DNA from: a virus
IMG/VR virus record: IMGVR_UViG_3300045921_000191
Coordinates: 1-64,000 of that record
Reading direction: 5' to 3' (one strand)
Length of the DNA stretch: 64,000 nt
Under the pieces are notes generated by a model, which was not told the DNA's origin, ran no database searches, and worked only from the letters and a program-made list of their open reading frames with translations. This document shows, in pieces, positions 34,088 to 42,997 of the stretch. The first letter of the stretch is position 1. Each line of letters opens with the position of its first letter. Made by a program: the position numbers and the translations under genes.

Positions 34088-36466
34088 CTATTTAGCTTCT
34101 GCAAAATTATCCCCAATTAAAGGTTCCGCTTTAATAGGAATATCAATTTGTCTGGTTACTTCGTTATTTTCCATAGCGTCTTTTAACATCTCAGCTACTA
34201 TCGAAGCTTGATCTTCCTTGACAATGCACGTTATTTCATCGTGGATGGTTAATGCTATCCAGCCATCAATATTGTGTTTTTTCATTTCTTTTGCAAGCTT
34301 AATCATAGCAGCATTACATACATGTGCTGCTGTTGCTTGAATGGGAAAGTTCTTAGAGTTATTTAAAAGATTACGATATTTGTAATAAATTTCACTGCCT
34401 AGCTGCTCGCCTAAGTGTTCTTTCATTAGTTTTTTACTTTTTAATAGGCCACGAAAACGTTCGTTTAACTCTTTGCATTTTGGAAGGTGACGCACTCTAC
34501 CAAATTTAGTTTTAACAAAGCCTTTTGTCGTTGCTTCGTATTCCTGATTACGCATGTATTTTTGCAATTCTGGATAAGCATTGAGATATCTATCAATGAT
34601 TTGTTGAGCGTCTTCTACTGGCACGCCCATAAGCTGGGCAATACGCCATGCGTTAGCGCCATAAACTACGGCAAGTGTAAACACTTTTGACTTCTGCCTG
34701 AAGTCGGGTTGAACTTTTTTTAGATAATTTTTGTCAGTCTCTTTAGCAGAAACGTCCTGCAAATCGAATACGTCAATTGCAATCTGCGAGTAAAGATCAA
34801 GCTCATTAAGCCAAACAGCCTTAAGTCCTGCATCACCTGATACCCACGAAAAGATCCTGGGTTCTAGTGCTGAAAAGTCGGCGTTGACAATCTTATAGCC
34901 CTCGGGGGCCACAAAGCCTTTTTTAATGCGTTTATCGTCGCGAGGCAAGGTTTGTAGGTTTAGTCCACCTGCGCATGAATAACGACCCGAAGTCGTTCCA
35001 AATTGAAGCATGGAGGGATACAGCCAGCCGTCAATCTGTTTTTCAAGAATGGGCTGAACGTAAGTAGACAATAACTTCTCTTGCTTCTTAAGTTCTGATA
35101 GTTTGGGAACAAATGGGAGATGATCGAAACCCTCTAAAGCTTCTTTATCAACTTTAGCGGCTCCAGTCTCTCGGGAATGGGATTTCGCCTTGCATCCATG
35201 ATGCTCAAAGAGCAACCAAGACAAGTGCGCATTAGATGACAAGTTGAATACTTCTGGTTTATCAGGATTCTTTTCAACAAAGATAGCCTTTTTCACCGCG
35301 TAAACAACTTCATCCTCGAGAGTGGGAGGATTTGGGTCCTCTAACACTCGCTTTACTTTTACAGGCATAATAGCTTTTGTGCCATCTTTTTGTTCAACTT
35401 CTTGCATCTCTTCGAACTCCTCGAAAGGAGGCTCGTAAAGAAGCCAAGTCAATGCTACATTGTCTGGATAATCAACTGCTAGAGACTGCAAAGCACTTTT
35501 AGCCAGTGTGGGCTTGCCCGTCTTCTTATTTGAAGGAATCGGGATCTTATAATAACGCAGCAACTCTTCAGCAAATCGTCCAGTCTTAGTGGCCTTAACG
35601 TGATCGTCGAGGTAAGACCGAATAAACGGCTGAATATCTTCTCGGATCAAGTCAAATACTTCGCCTGACAATCTCATTATATCAGAATTGATTTGCGTTT
35701 CCAAGTTTTTAAAATATTCTAGGTCAATCTTAAGTCCTTGAATTTTCATGGGAATTGTGACCAGCTTATAAAGGGGCATCACTTCTTGGTTATAAAAGAA
35801 GTCAGTCAGACCCTCTTTTTCCATCAATTTACTGAAGTACTCAAACAAGCGAAGGGTCAAATCCACGTCTGCACAGCAATACTTTCCGATGATTTCGACA
35901 TCAGCCTTGTAGATGTCCATTTGAGTCTTAGTAGCTTTACCGCCTGCCTTCGTAATAGACTCTTTAAGCTCGATCTGTTCTTGGTTGGCCACTTCCTCTT
36001 CTGGGATGCCAAGCTGCTCCTGGAGGTTCACAGCAACTTCTTTAAGGCCGAATGGACCCTCCTCATCGAGAGTATGCTTCATAAGGATCGTATCAGCGTA
36101 TAGGGCTGGTAAAAGGTTTACGCCGTAATAGTCTTCCATGACCGTGATATCGTACACGCCGTTGTGCATAATGAGCTTCTTTTTGATTAGAATCTCGCTC
36201 ATTGCCCAAATGAACTTTTCTTCGTCTTCCGCTGAAACAAGCCTAACTAGAGCTTGTGACGCGGCATCCCATTTCCAGAATGCCACATAAAAGCCCTGGT
36301 TAACATGACCAGTTACGCCAACGCCGATAACCCGCGCGCGCTTCTCCGTCGCAGAATCGGTTTCTAAGTCAAATGAAACATATTCACAAGTCTTGAGATA
36401 ACTCAAAACCTGTTGATACGTCTTATTTGTTAGAACGTTTACGTATTGCTTGCTCATCGATTTCAT
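34088..36466 (-). CDS. polA: family A DNA polymerase with 3'-5' exonuclease
   Basis: FDLET, HNGVYD, YCCAD exonuclease motifs; ADFSALEPR, K...LAVVYG, IHDE. Confidence 0.95.
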   Translation of the reverse strand: MKSMSKQYVNVLTNKTYQQVLSYLKTCEYVSFDLETDSATEKRARVIGVGVTGHVNQGFYVAFWKWDAASQALVRLVSAEDEEKFIWAMSEILIKKKLIMHNGVYDITVMEDYYGVNLLPALYADTILMKHTLDEEGPFGLKEVAVNLQEQLGIPEEEVANQEQIELKESITKAGGKATKTQMDIYKADVEIIGKYCCADVDLTLRLFEYFSKLMEKEGLTDFFYNQEVMPLYKLVTIPMKIQGLKIDLEYFKNLETQINSDIMRLSGEVFDLIREDIQPFIRSYLDDHVKATKTGRFAEELLRYYKIPIPSNKKTGKPTLAKSALQSLAVDYPDNVALTWLLYEPPFEEFEEMQEVEQKDGTKAIMPVKVKRVLEDPNPPTLEDEVVYAVKKAIFVEKNPDKPEVFNLSSNAHLSWLLFEHHGCKAKSHSRETGAAKVDKEALEGFDHLPFVPKLSELKKQEKLLSTYVQPILEKQIDGWLYPSMLQFGTTSGRYSCAGGLNLQTLPRDDKRIKKGFVAPEGYKIVNADFSALEPRIFSWVSGDAGLKAVWLNELDLYSQIAIDVFDLQDVSAKETDKNYLKKVQPDFRQKSKVFTLAVVYGANAWRIAQLMGVPVEDAQQIIDRYLNAYPELQKYMRNQEYEATTKGFVKTKFGRVRHLPKCKELNERFRGLLKSKKLMKEHLGEQLGSEIYYKYRNLLNNSKNFPIQATAAHVCNAAMIKLAKEMKKHNIDGWIALTIHDEITCIVKEDQASIVAEMLKDAMENNEVTRQIDIPIKAEPLIGDNFAEAK

Positions 36467-38486
36467 CAGTTGACTTTCTAAGATTCAAACGGTCGGTCTG
36501 AACCACTTCTCCAGTGGATAATTTTTCCTTAAACATGGTAGGAGCTTTAAGCTTCAGTTGGGTGCAAATTTCTCGATATTCCACGTATTCTTGGAACGAT
36601 ATATCTCGGATTACACCCTTGATACCTTCCCACATAAATACACCTTCTTCAATTCGACCGCTTCGGTTTTTGCCGATGTAAAGGTGCATGTAATTATCAT
36701 AGTCTGGATTGGCCCCATCTGCAAGAGGTCTCCAACAGTTGATTACGCAAGTAGCGTTTTCTTCCCAAGCTCCTGATTCTTTTGCCACGCGAGAGGTACG
36801 CATTGGAGTCGTATGATCGCCTTGCTCTCTTGAGACCTGAGAAAGATAAATCAAGTGACAATTAGTGTTCTTAGCATTGTCGGAAGCCGTAACTGCGTTA
36901 TGAGTTGCGCTCATGTACGAGTTGTCTGCTTCTGAAGTTAGCTTACCCGCGTAATCGATGAAAGCAACTTCAATGCGAATGCCAAACTGCGCATTTGCGT
37001 TATTAATAGTTTCCACGATCTGCTCAGAAGTAACTGCTGAAGTAAAATCAAAAATGGTGTACGGAAGTCGCTCTTTAATAGCGGTCATCACAACTTGCAT
37101 GACACTTTCGTCGCGAGTGTGGATATTAAATGCTCTTTCTACTTCTTCTTGGGTATAGTTAGTGAATCGTGCTCCAAGCTTCTCGAACAAACTAGAATCC
37201 GCCATATCCATTGAGAACATGATGTTATAAATCTTCTGACGATTCAAATTCTCCATAATTTGAACTGCAAGACTAGTTTTACCAGAACCATTGGCCCCGT
37301 TGATAACCGAGAAGTTTTTGGGGCGAAGTCGGATACGCTCATCAAGCCATTTCAAACCCGTCTTAGGATACTGAAGCTGGGCTTCGTTACCGTATTTAAC
37401 GTAAATGTCACATAAGTCTTCTGCTCGAAACAATTTAGAAGAGCGCTGCTTATGTTCACATCCAGCGTGGCGACACCATTTCGCTATCTTAACGTCGTGA
37501 CATTTGTAAATGCCTCCGCGATAATTTTCGTTAGCATAAACCTGAGTAATAGGGCGCAAGAATTCCATTTCAGTAAAGTCTTTAACTTCGGGAAAGATAC
37601 GCTTTCGCTTCTCAAGTGCGGTGGCAATAATAGCCACACTCTGCTCTTGATCATATCCAGAGTATCGGTGGTAGGCCGCTAGATAGTTACAAGCTACTTC
37701 GCGTTCTCCAGGACCAAAATACCCATTCTCAAGCAAATGCACGCAACGACGCTTACCTTTGGGTACGTGAGCTAAAATCTCTTCTGGAGCTGGAACATCT
37801 TCTCCAGTTGCTGGCTTAACTAATTGGAGCTTGGTTTTAGGAGTCTCTGGGACTTTGTTGTAAGTTTCATACAACACGTCTACGTTCTGACGCTCAGTTT
37901 TGATCGCGATATCTCTAGGCTTAGCTGCCAAGAGTCTAATTTCTTTTTCACTCTTCTTCTCTACCTCAGAAAGGTCTAATTCGATTTTATACAAACCAGA
38001 CTTTTGATGCCTAGTGTTAGTGATTCGGAGGATGCGATTGACGTTGTAAACAGAAGCATCAAATACATCAGGATCTACATCTGCATCTTTGGCTAGGTTG
38101 TAGCAAATGTTTGCCGTCTCAATTGGAGTGAACTTTCTAGTAGTTTCCAGGAAAAGGTGAAACCCTTTATTGCCACTGAAGTAAACTCGAAGTCCTTTGT
38201 CCAAGCCAAGATCCGCAAGTTTATAAGCAAGCTTCATCAAGTTAGAATGAGCCTTCTTATAGTCGCCCTCTGCGTCCAAATCCCAATAAAGAGTATCTGT
38301 GTACACTTCTCCAGTGTACCCATTCACGCTATTGTTGTGAGTTTGAAAGTACTCAAATGCGTCTTCGCCGTAAATAAAAGTCGAGCAATACCAGTCAACA
38401 GTTCGGTCCAATACATTGGATTCGATCTGATCGATTGGCAGCAACTTGCCTTTATCTGCGACGGTTTTTGTCAACCGTCTGTACAT
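36423..38486 (-). CDS. primase-helicase (AEP-like N-terminus plus SF4/DnaB-like helicase)
   Basis: WDLD, FSGNKGFH; GANGSGKT, SMDM, FIDY, LSQ, KNRSG. Confidence 0.85.
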   Translation of the reverse strand: MYRRLTKTVADKGKLLPIDQIESNVLDRTVDWYCSTFIYGEDAFEYFQTHNNSVNGYTGEVYTDTLYWDLDAEGDYKKAHSNLMKLAYKLADLGLDKGLRVYFSGNKGFHLFLETTRKFTPIETANICYNLAKDADVDPDVFDASVYNVNRILRITNTRHQKSGLYKIELDLSEVEKKSEKEIRLLAAKPRDIAIKTERQNVDVLYETYNKVPETPKTKLQLVKPATGEDVPAPEEILAHVPKGKRRCVHLLENGYFGPGEREVACNYLAAYHRYSGYDQEQSVAIIATALEKRKRIFPEVKDFTEMEFLRPITQVYANENYRGGIYKCHDVKIAKWCRHAGCEHKQRSSKLFRAEDLCDIYVKYGNEAQLQYPKTGLKWLDERIRLRPKNFSVINGANGSGKTSLAVQIMENLNRQKIYNIMFSMDMADSSLFEKLGARFTNYTQEEVERAFNIHTRDESVMQVVMTAIKERLPYTIFDFTSAVTSEQIVETINNANAQFGIRIEVAFIDYAGKLTSEADNSYMSATHNAVTASDNAKNTNCHLIYLSQVSREQGDHTTPMRTSRVAKESGAWEENATCVINCWRPLADGANPDYDNYMHLYIGKNRSGRIEEGVFMWEGIKGVIRDISFQEYVEYREICTQLKLKAPTMFKEKLSTGEVVQTDRLNLRKSTDEIDEQAIRKRSNK

Positions 38487-38491
38487 TTTAA

Positions 38492-38944
38492 TTACCCCTC
38501 GATCAATGAAGCACTACCAACTACGAAGTCAGGAGATTCCTTGTGAGGTTTAAAATTGATATGAATCAAATCGCCATTGCGAAGTTCAAGTTCACGGTTT
38601 TCATCTTTTCCAAGATAGATCTGAAGACGAAGATCATATTCAAATTCTCTACCACCGCCGAGGTCTCTCAAATCATTAATGTCATTCTGACTAGTGCCTT
38701 TTTTCATGGCCATATTGCCAAGATAAAGACCCACATGACCTACTACGAAATCTGCGTCTTTTTCACGCGTTCCGAAGCGGAGATCAATACAAGCCCCGTT
38801 AGCCACCACAAGTTTGGTGTTAGGCATGTACAATTTAACATTCATTCCAAGACCCGATTTACGAAGTTCTTGAACAGCTTGCCTGTTTAGGCTCTTAGAA
38901 GCTGATACTGATCCAATATTAATAAAATTACCCTCTTTTGCCAT
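38492..38944 (-). CDS. hypothetical protein with tandem internal duplication (SSB candidate)
   Basis: Two halves, each ending NG..I...F....DFVVG. Confidence 0.65.
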   Translation of the reverse strand: MAKEGNFINIGSVSASKSLNRQAVQELRKSGLGMNVKLYMPNTKLVVANGACIDLRFGTREKDADFVVGHVGLYLGNMAMKKGTSQNDINDLRDLGGGREFEYDLRLQIYLGKDENRELELRNGDLIHINFKPHKESPDFVVGSASLIEG

Positions 38945-38946
38945 GA

Positions 38947-39231
38947 CTAAACTCCTTCCTTAATGTGCGAAGACATAGGTTCTGTTGAGCGAAGAATTTG
39001 CTTTAACGCTGCTACAGAACTAGCATCCTTGAAAAGTTCTTTCCTGTCAAGTAGTGCTGCTGCTAAAATTGGTCCAGTGATATCTTCTTTACTTTTAGCA
39101 TCTTCTACTTTGAGATCTACGCCATTACGCAACAAGACAATAAGACCAGTCAAGGTAGTATAGCTAGACGCTTTGGTATCGTAGAGTTTTCGGTTAGAGT
39201 AACGCTTGATAACAACTTGTGTGTTTTCCAT
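38947..39231 (-). CDS. PhaR-type (PHA synthesis regulator) DNA-binding domain protein
   Basis: IKRYSNRKLYDT..SSY.TL...G..V.D.KS.EDIT. Confidence 0.85.
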   Translation of the reverse strand: MENTQVVIKRYSNRKLYDTKASSYTTLTGLIVLLRNGVDLKVEDAKSKEDITGPILAAALLDRKELFKDASSVAALKQILRSTEPMSSHIKEGV

Positions 39232-39233
39232 AA

Positions 39234-39884
39234 TTAAGCTCCTGCTCCGCGAGTAAATCGTGATCCACTCTTAAACGGACGCGATGAACGAAGTGGGGTT
39301 TTATCCTCGGATGAATCTTCGTTCGATGACTCTTCCTTTGCCTCTTCTTTTTCAGAAGATTTAGTTTCTTTGCTTTCTGACGATCTAGAAGAAAAACGTG
39401 AACTCTTTGGAGCTTCTTCTTCAGAAGCTTCTGGAGCTGCTACTTTTTCTTCTTCTTTCTTTTCTTTAGAGGAACGATTAAACCATCCACCTTTCTTTTC
39501 TTCTTTAGCATCTTCTTTTTTAGAAGAACCAAAACGAGAAGCGCCTTCTTCGCGTTCTTGGAATTGTTCAATCTCTTCAGCAGAAGCAAGACCTTTCTTA
39601 ACTTCATATCCAAGGATAGCAAGAGCGCGACCAATTGCTACCGTTTCGGCTTTTTCAGAAGCCTTTTTACCGTTCTCAGTCACATCTGCATGGCCTGAAG
39701 CAGCAGCTAGGCTAGGGAAAAGTTTAGCTTCTTCGTAGTTACGAAATACTACAGCCTTAAAATACTCGCCGTCAGCGGTTTTTTCTCGGAAGGTAGTAAT
39801 CATTCCTTGTTTGTGCTCTTCTCGGAACTTCGCGATGCGCTCATGCACACCCACGTAATTATCTTTATCGAAATATTGACTCAT
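39234..39884 (-). CDS. putative single-strand annealing protein with charged disordered tail
   Basis: YV.V.ERI..F, EKAET.AIGRALA..G; paired with the exonuclease. Confidence 0.6.
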   Translation of the reverse strand: MSQYFDKDNYVGVHERIAKFREEHKQGMITTFREKTADGEYFKAVVFRNYEEAKLFPSLAAASGHADVTENGKKASEKAETVAIGRALAILGYEVKKGLASAEEIEQFQEREEGASRFGSSKKEDAKEEKKGGWFNRSSKEKKEEEKVAAPEASEEEAPKSSRFSSRSSESKETKSSEKEEAKEESSNEDSSEDKTPLRSSRPFKSGSRFTRGAGA

Positions 39885-39885
39885 T

Positions 39886-41052
39886 TCAGTCTCCTTTTTG
39901 GTGCTTAGGTTTGATCTCTTTTATTTTATCAAGCGGCTTACCGTTCCAACAGTGATCATAAAATTCACAGCGCCGACCATATTGCATACAGCTATTAGGA
40001 TTTTTAAAGTTAATCTCGTTTTTCACTGCTACTAGAACATTTGAATAGTCTTCCATCTGGGAATCCAGCTCAGACTCTTTCATAGTTTTAGTAAGCAATT
40101 GACAAACAGCTTTTAACTTAGGGATCAAATAAGAGCCTTTACAATCTTTTTGAGTACAATTTCTAGCTTTGCTACCGTGAGGTCGAACGTGTCCGCAAGT
40201 GTCGCAGCTAACCGAGTCGTTCTTCAATTTCTTGACAAGAACAAGGTAGCCTACATCTAATGAACCGATCTTCTTACTAAGCGCTGAAGCGTACGTTTTT
40301 AATTGTTCACTCGTATTGATATTATGGGAAGTATACTCTGCTGCGGCAGTTTTGCAATCTAAAACTACAGGAAACTCTTTACTCTTAAATTTAACTACGT
40401 AATCCACGTATCCGACAATCTCATCGCCGTCGTTATTGGTAATAGAAACTCTATATTGACAAGCAGGGACTCCATCGATCTCTACCAGATATTCAAAATC
40501 TGGCATAATATCATTCCACAATGCGGTCAGCATTAGAGCTGCTCGTTCTGCTAGAGATAGCCAGTGAATTCTTGCATAAAAGCGTTTTCGTTCCAAGCTA
40601 ACTTTATATCCGTTATCGAAGTCTGAATAAATCTCTGCAATAATAGACTGCCAAGTAACTACTTTAGCTTTGCCGTCTTTATCTGGACGAGTAGCGTTAA
40701 ACTCTTCTGGAACTAATTCCGTTGCCCAATCTTTGATAAGATCGGCATGTTGAACCAATAATGACTCGTCTAAGTCTGATTTAAAGTATTCTACTTCTGG
40801 ATTATCAAAAATTGGAGAAGCTCTGGATGGCTGATCTACGTTCTCGGTTTCCCAGTTACGATCAAACTCTGCAATGGAATCTTTCAAATCGGCGCCCTTG
40901 AACATAGCAGTAACGCCCGCCTCGACAGCCGTTCCAAATGCAAAGTACGAGGGACGGCCAGTTGACTGGTACTGTTTTGAAAGATAGTACTTAGTAGGAC
41001 ACGCCTTAAACGTGTTGGCCGCTGAGTAGCTTAATTTGACTGGCTTACTCAT
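39886..41052 (-). CDS. PD-(D/E)xK exonuclease (RecB/Cas4-like)
   Basis: LSYS....KACP.KYY, GYVD, VLDCKT, QL..Y, C.....CEFYDHC. Confidence 0.85.
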   Translation of the reverse strand: MSKPVKLSYSAANTFKACPTKYYLSKQYQSTGRPSYFAFGTAVEAGVTAMFKGADLKDSIAEFDRNWETENVDQPSRASPIFDNPEVEYFKSDLDESLLVQHADLIKDWATELVPEEFNATRPDKDGKAKVVTWQSIIAEIYSDFDNGYKVSLERKRFYARIHWLSLAERAALMLTALWNDIMPDFEYLVEIDGVPACQYRVSITNNDGDEIVGYVDYVVKFKSKEFPVVLDCKTAAAEYTSHNINTSEQLKTYASALSKKIGSLDVGYLVLVKKLKNDSVSCDTCGHVRPHGSKARNCTQKDCKGSYLIPKLKAVCQLLTKTMKESELDSQMEDYSNVLVAVKNEINFKNPNSCMQYGRRCEFYDHCWNGKPLDKIKEIKPKHQKGD

Positions 41053-42713
41053 TCCAGTCCCATCATAGCCAAGGGATTAGGCTTACCTTCGTTTGAGCTA
41101 GCGGCAAGAACTACCGCACCACCCGTGGTTAGTAGTAGGCCAGCAATTGATACTGCGTTCTCAAGAGCAGATTTGGCCACTTTTGCTGGATCAACAATTC
41201 CAGATTCCAAAAGATTGCAAAAGACTTTACGCCTAGCGTCAAATCCTTTGCCAAGTTCAGTCGATCCTAATTGATGAAGGATTACCGCAGGATCAAGGCC
41301 AGTATTAGTAATGATTTGTTTAATCGGTGCTTGAAGAGCTTCTTGCATGATCTTTCCAGCAATCGTATTGGTATTGATTTCTTTTGAAATCTCAAAGAAA
41401 GTCGATCCTCCGCCTGGAAGAATACCTTCTTGAATAGCCACGCGAGCTGCACAAAGCGCGTCCTCGATACGATCTTTTTTCTCAAGCATCTCAAGTTCGG
41501 TCTCACCGCCTGCGCGAATAATAGCAATACCGCCTACAAGCTTACCAATTCGGATACGAAGATTTTCTTGATCGAATTCGTATTGTTTAATCTCAAGGCC
41601 CTTTTTAAGATCATCCACGCGAGATAGAATTGCTTCCTCATCACCTGCACCTTTAAAAATCACAGTCTCTTCTGATCCAACTTCAACTTTATCGCAAGAA
41701 CCTAAATCGTCAGAAGAACCATCTTTTAGTTCTCTAATTCCTTTAGAAAAAACTTTACCGCCTGTAAGAACCGCGATGTCTTCCAAAATCTCAGTGATTG
41801 CATTGGGACTTCCGTCAAATGGAGCTTTGATAGCTACGATTGGAAGTTTACCTTGAACTCGGTTAGCTAGGAGCATGTTCTTTACGTCATCTGAGAAATC
41901 AGAAGCGATAATAAGAAATGGAACTGGTTTTTGAATTTGACCACTTTGAGGGTCAACTTCCATTACACTCATCATGAGTTTTGCAAGCTCATGAAGCTCT
42001 GAAAGTTTGCCGTTATAAAGAAGCACTGCTGGCTTCTCTAGCTGCGCACAGTCTTTAACCTTGTCAGTAACAAAGTGTGTTCCGAATGGTCCAAAAGACT
42101 TCCAGCCCTTTTTGTAGACCGCACCTTGTACGACACTCAACTCAGTATGACGTGAGTTGGCGTCCTCGACTGTAACGTGCCCATCTTCTCCGACTTGCTC
42201 TAGAGCATCGGAAACGATTTGAGCGATCTCTTCTTCTCCGTTCGCGGAGATTTTAGCAACGTTATAAACGTCCTTGAGACCCACTGGGATTTTACGCTCA
42301 TCGATTTTTGCGATGATTTCGTTTTTAATAGCTTTGAGTTCGTCGTAAAGCTGAATACCGTTCATTCCACGAGCGAGTTGCGAATAGCCAGCTTTAAAAA
42401 TAGCTTCGGCAAGTACAATGGCGGTAGTCGTTCCGTCGCCAGCTTGATTTACGGTATTCTTAGCAACTTGAAGAACGGCTTTAGCTATGGTGGACATAGC
42501 GTGATCTTTAAAATCTACAGATTCAGCGACAGTCACTCCGTCTTTAGTAATGAGTGGTCCGATTGGCGAGCCGTCTGAATTTTGCCCAGTGCGCTGGATA
42601 ATAATAGGATTCCCACCTGGGCCTAGGGTCGCTTTAACAACGCTTGCCATCTCTTCTACAGCAGCGAGAGCTTTCTTTTTGGAAGCATCAGAACTGAGAA
42701 TTGTCTTGCTCAT
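41049..42713 (-). CDS. groEL: GroEL-like chaperonin
   Basis: TLGPGG, ITKDGVTVA, AGDGTTTA, KDRIEDA, GIVDPAKV. Confidence 0.95.
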   Translation of the reverse strand: MSKTILSSDASKKKALAAVEEMASVVKATLGPGGNPIIIQRTGQNSDGSPIGPLITKDGVTVAESVDFKDHAMSTIAKAVLQVAKNTVNQAGDGTTTAIVLAEAIFKAGYSQLARGMNGIQLYDELKAIKNEIIAKIDERKIPVGLKDVYNVAKISANGEEEIAQIVSDALEQVGEDGHVTVEDANSRHTELSVVQGAVYKKGWKSFGPFGTHFVTDKVKDCAQLEKPAVLLYNGKLSELHELAKLMMSVMEVDPQSGQIQKPVPFLIIASDFSDDVKNMLLANRVQGKLPIVAIKAPFDGSPNAITEILEDIAVLTGGKVFSKGIRELKDGSSDDLGSCDKVEVGSEETVIFKGAGDEEAILSRVDDLKKGLEIKQYEFDQENLRIRIGKLVGGIAIIRAGGETELEMLEKKDRIEDALCAARVAIQEGILPGGGSTFFEISKEINTNTIAGKIMQEALQAPIKQIITNTGLDPAVILHQLGSTELGKGFDARRKVFCNLLESGIVDPAKVAKSALENAVSIAGLLLTTGGAVVLAASSNEGKPNPLAMMGLE

Positions 42714-42913
42714 TTGTCGCTCGCTTCCTCGACTTTAGTAGGTACGATAGCAGAAGCCATACGGTCGGCCATGGCCTGCATTTGGCGCTCGTTTAGAGTA
42801 TCAACGATGAATTTCTCAAAGTCCTCTACCATACCTTTTCGAATATGTGGAATGCTGCCTTTATTAACTTGCCCGTGAAGAAACTCTAGAACCTTAAGTT
42901 TAATATCTTGCAT
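42710..42913 (-). CDS. hypothetical protein
   Basis: ATGA overlap with groEL; helical, not GroES-like. Confidence 0.6.
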   Translation of the reverse strand: MQDIKLKVLEFLHGQVNKGSIPHIRKGMVEDFEKFIVDTLNERQMQAMADRMASAIVPTKVEEASDK

Positions 42914-42997
42914 ATCTTGCTTTTACACCCTTTCCTGTAGTGCGTCAACAACAATTTTGACAATGACAACTTACGACTAATACGCTAAGCTGATCAT

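Noticed and set aside
42710-42913. GroES
   Set aside because: No PLxDRV or mobile-loop motifs; helical composition
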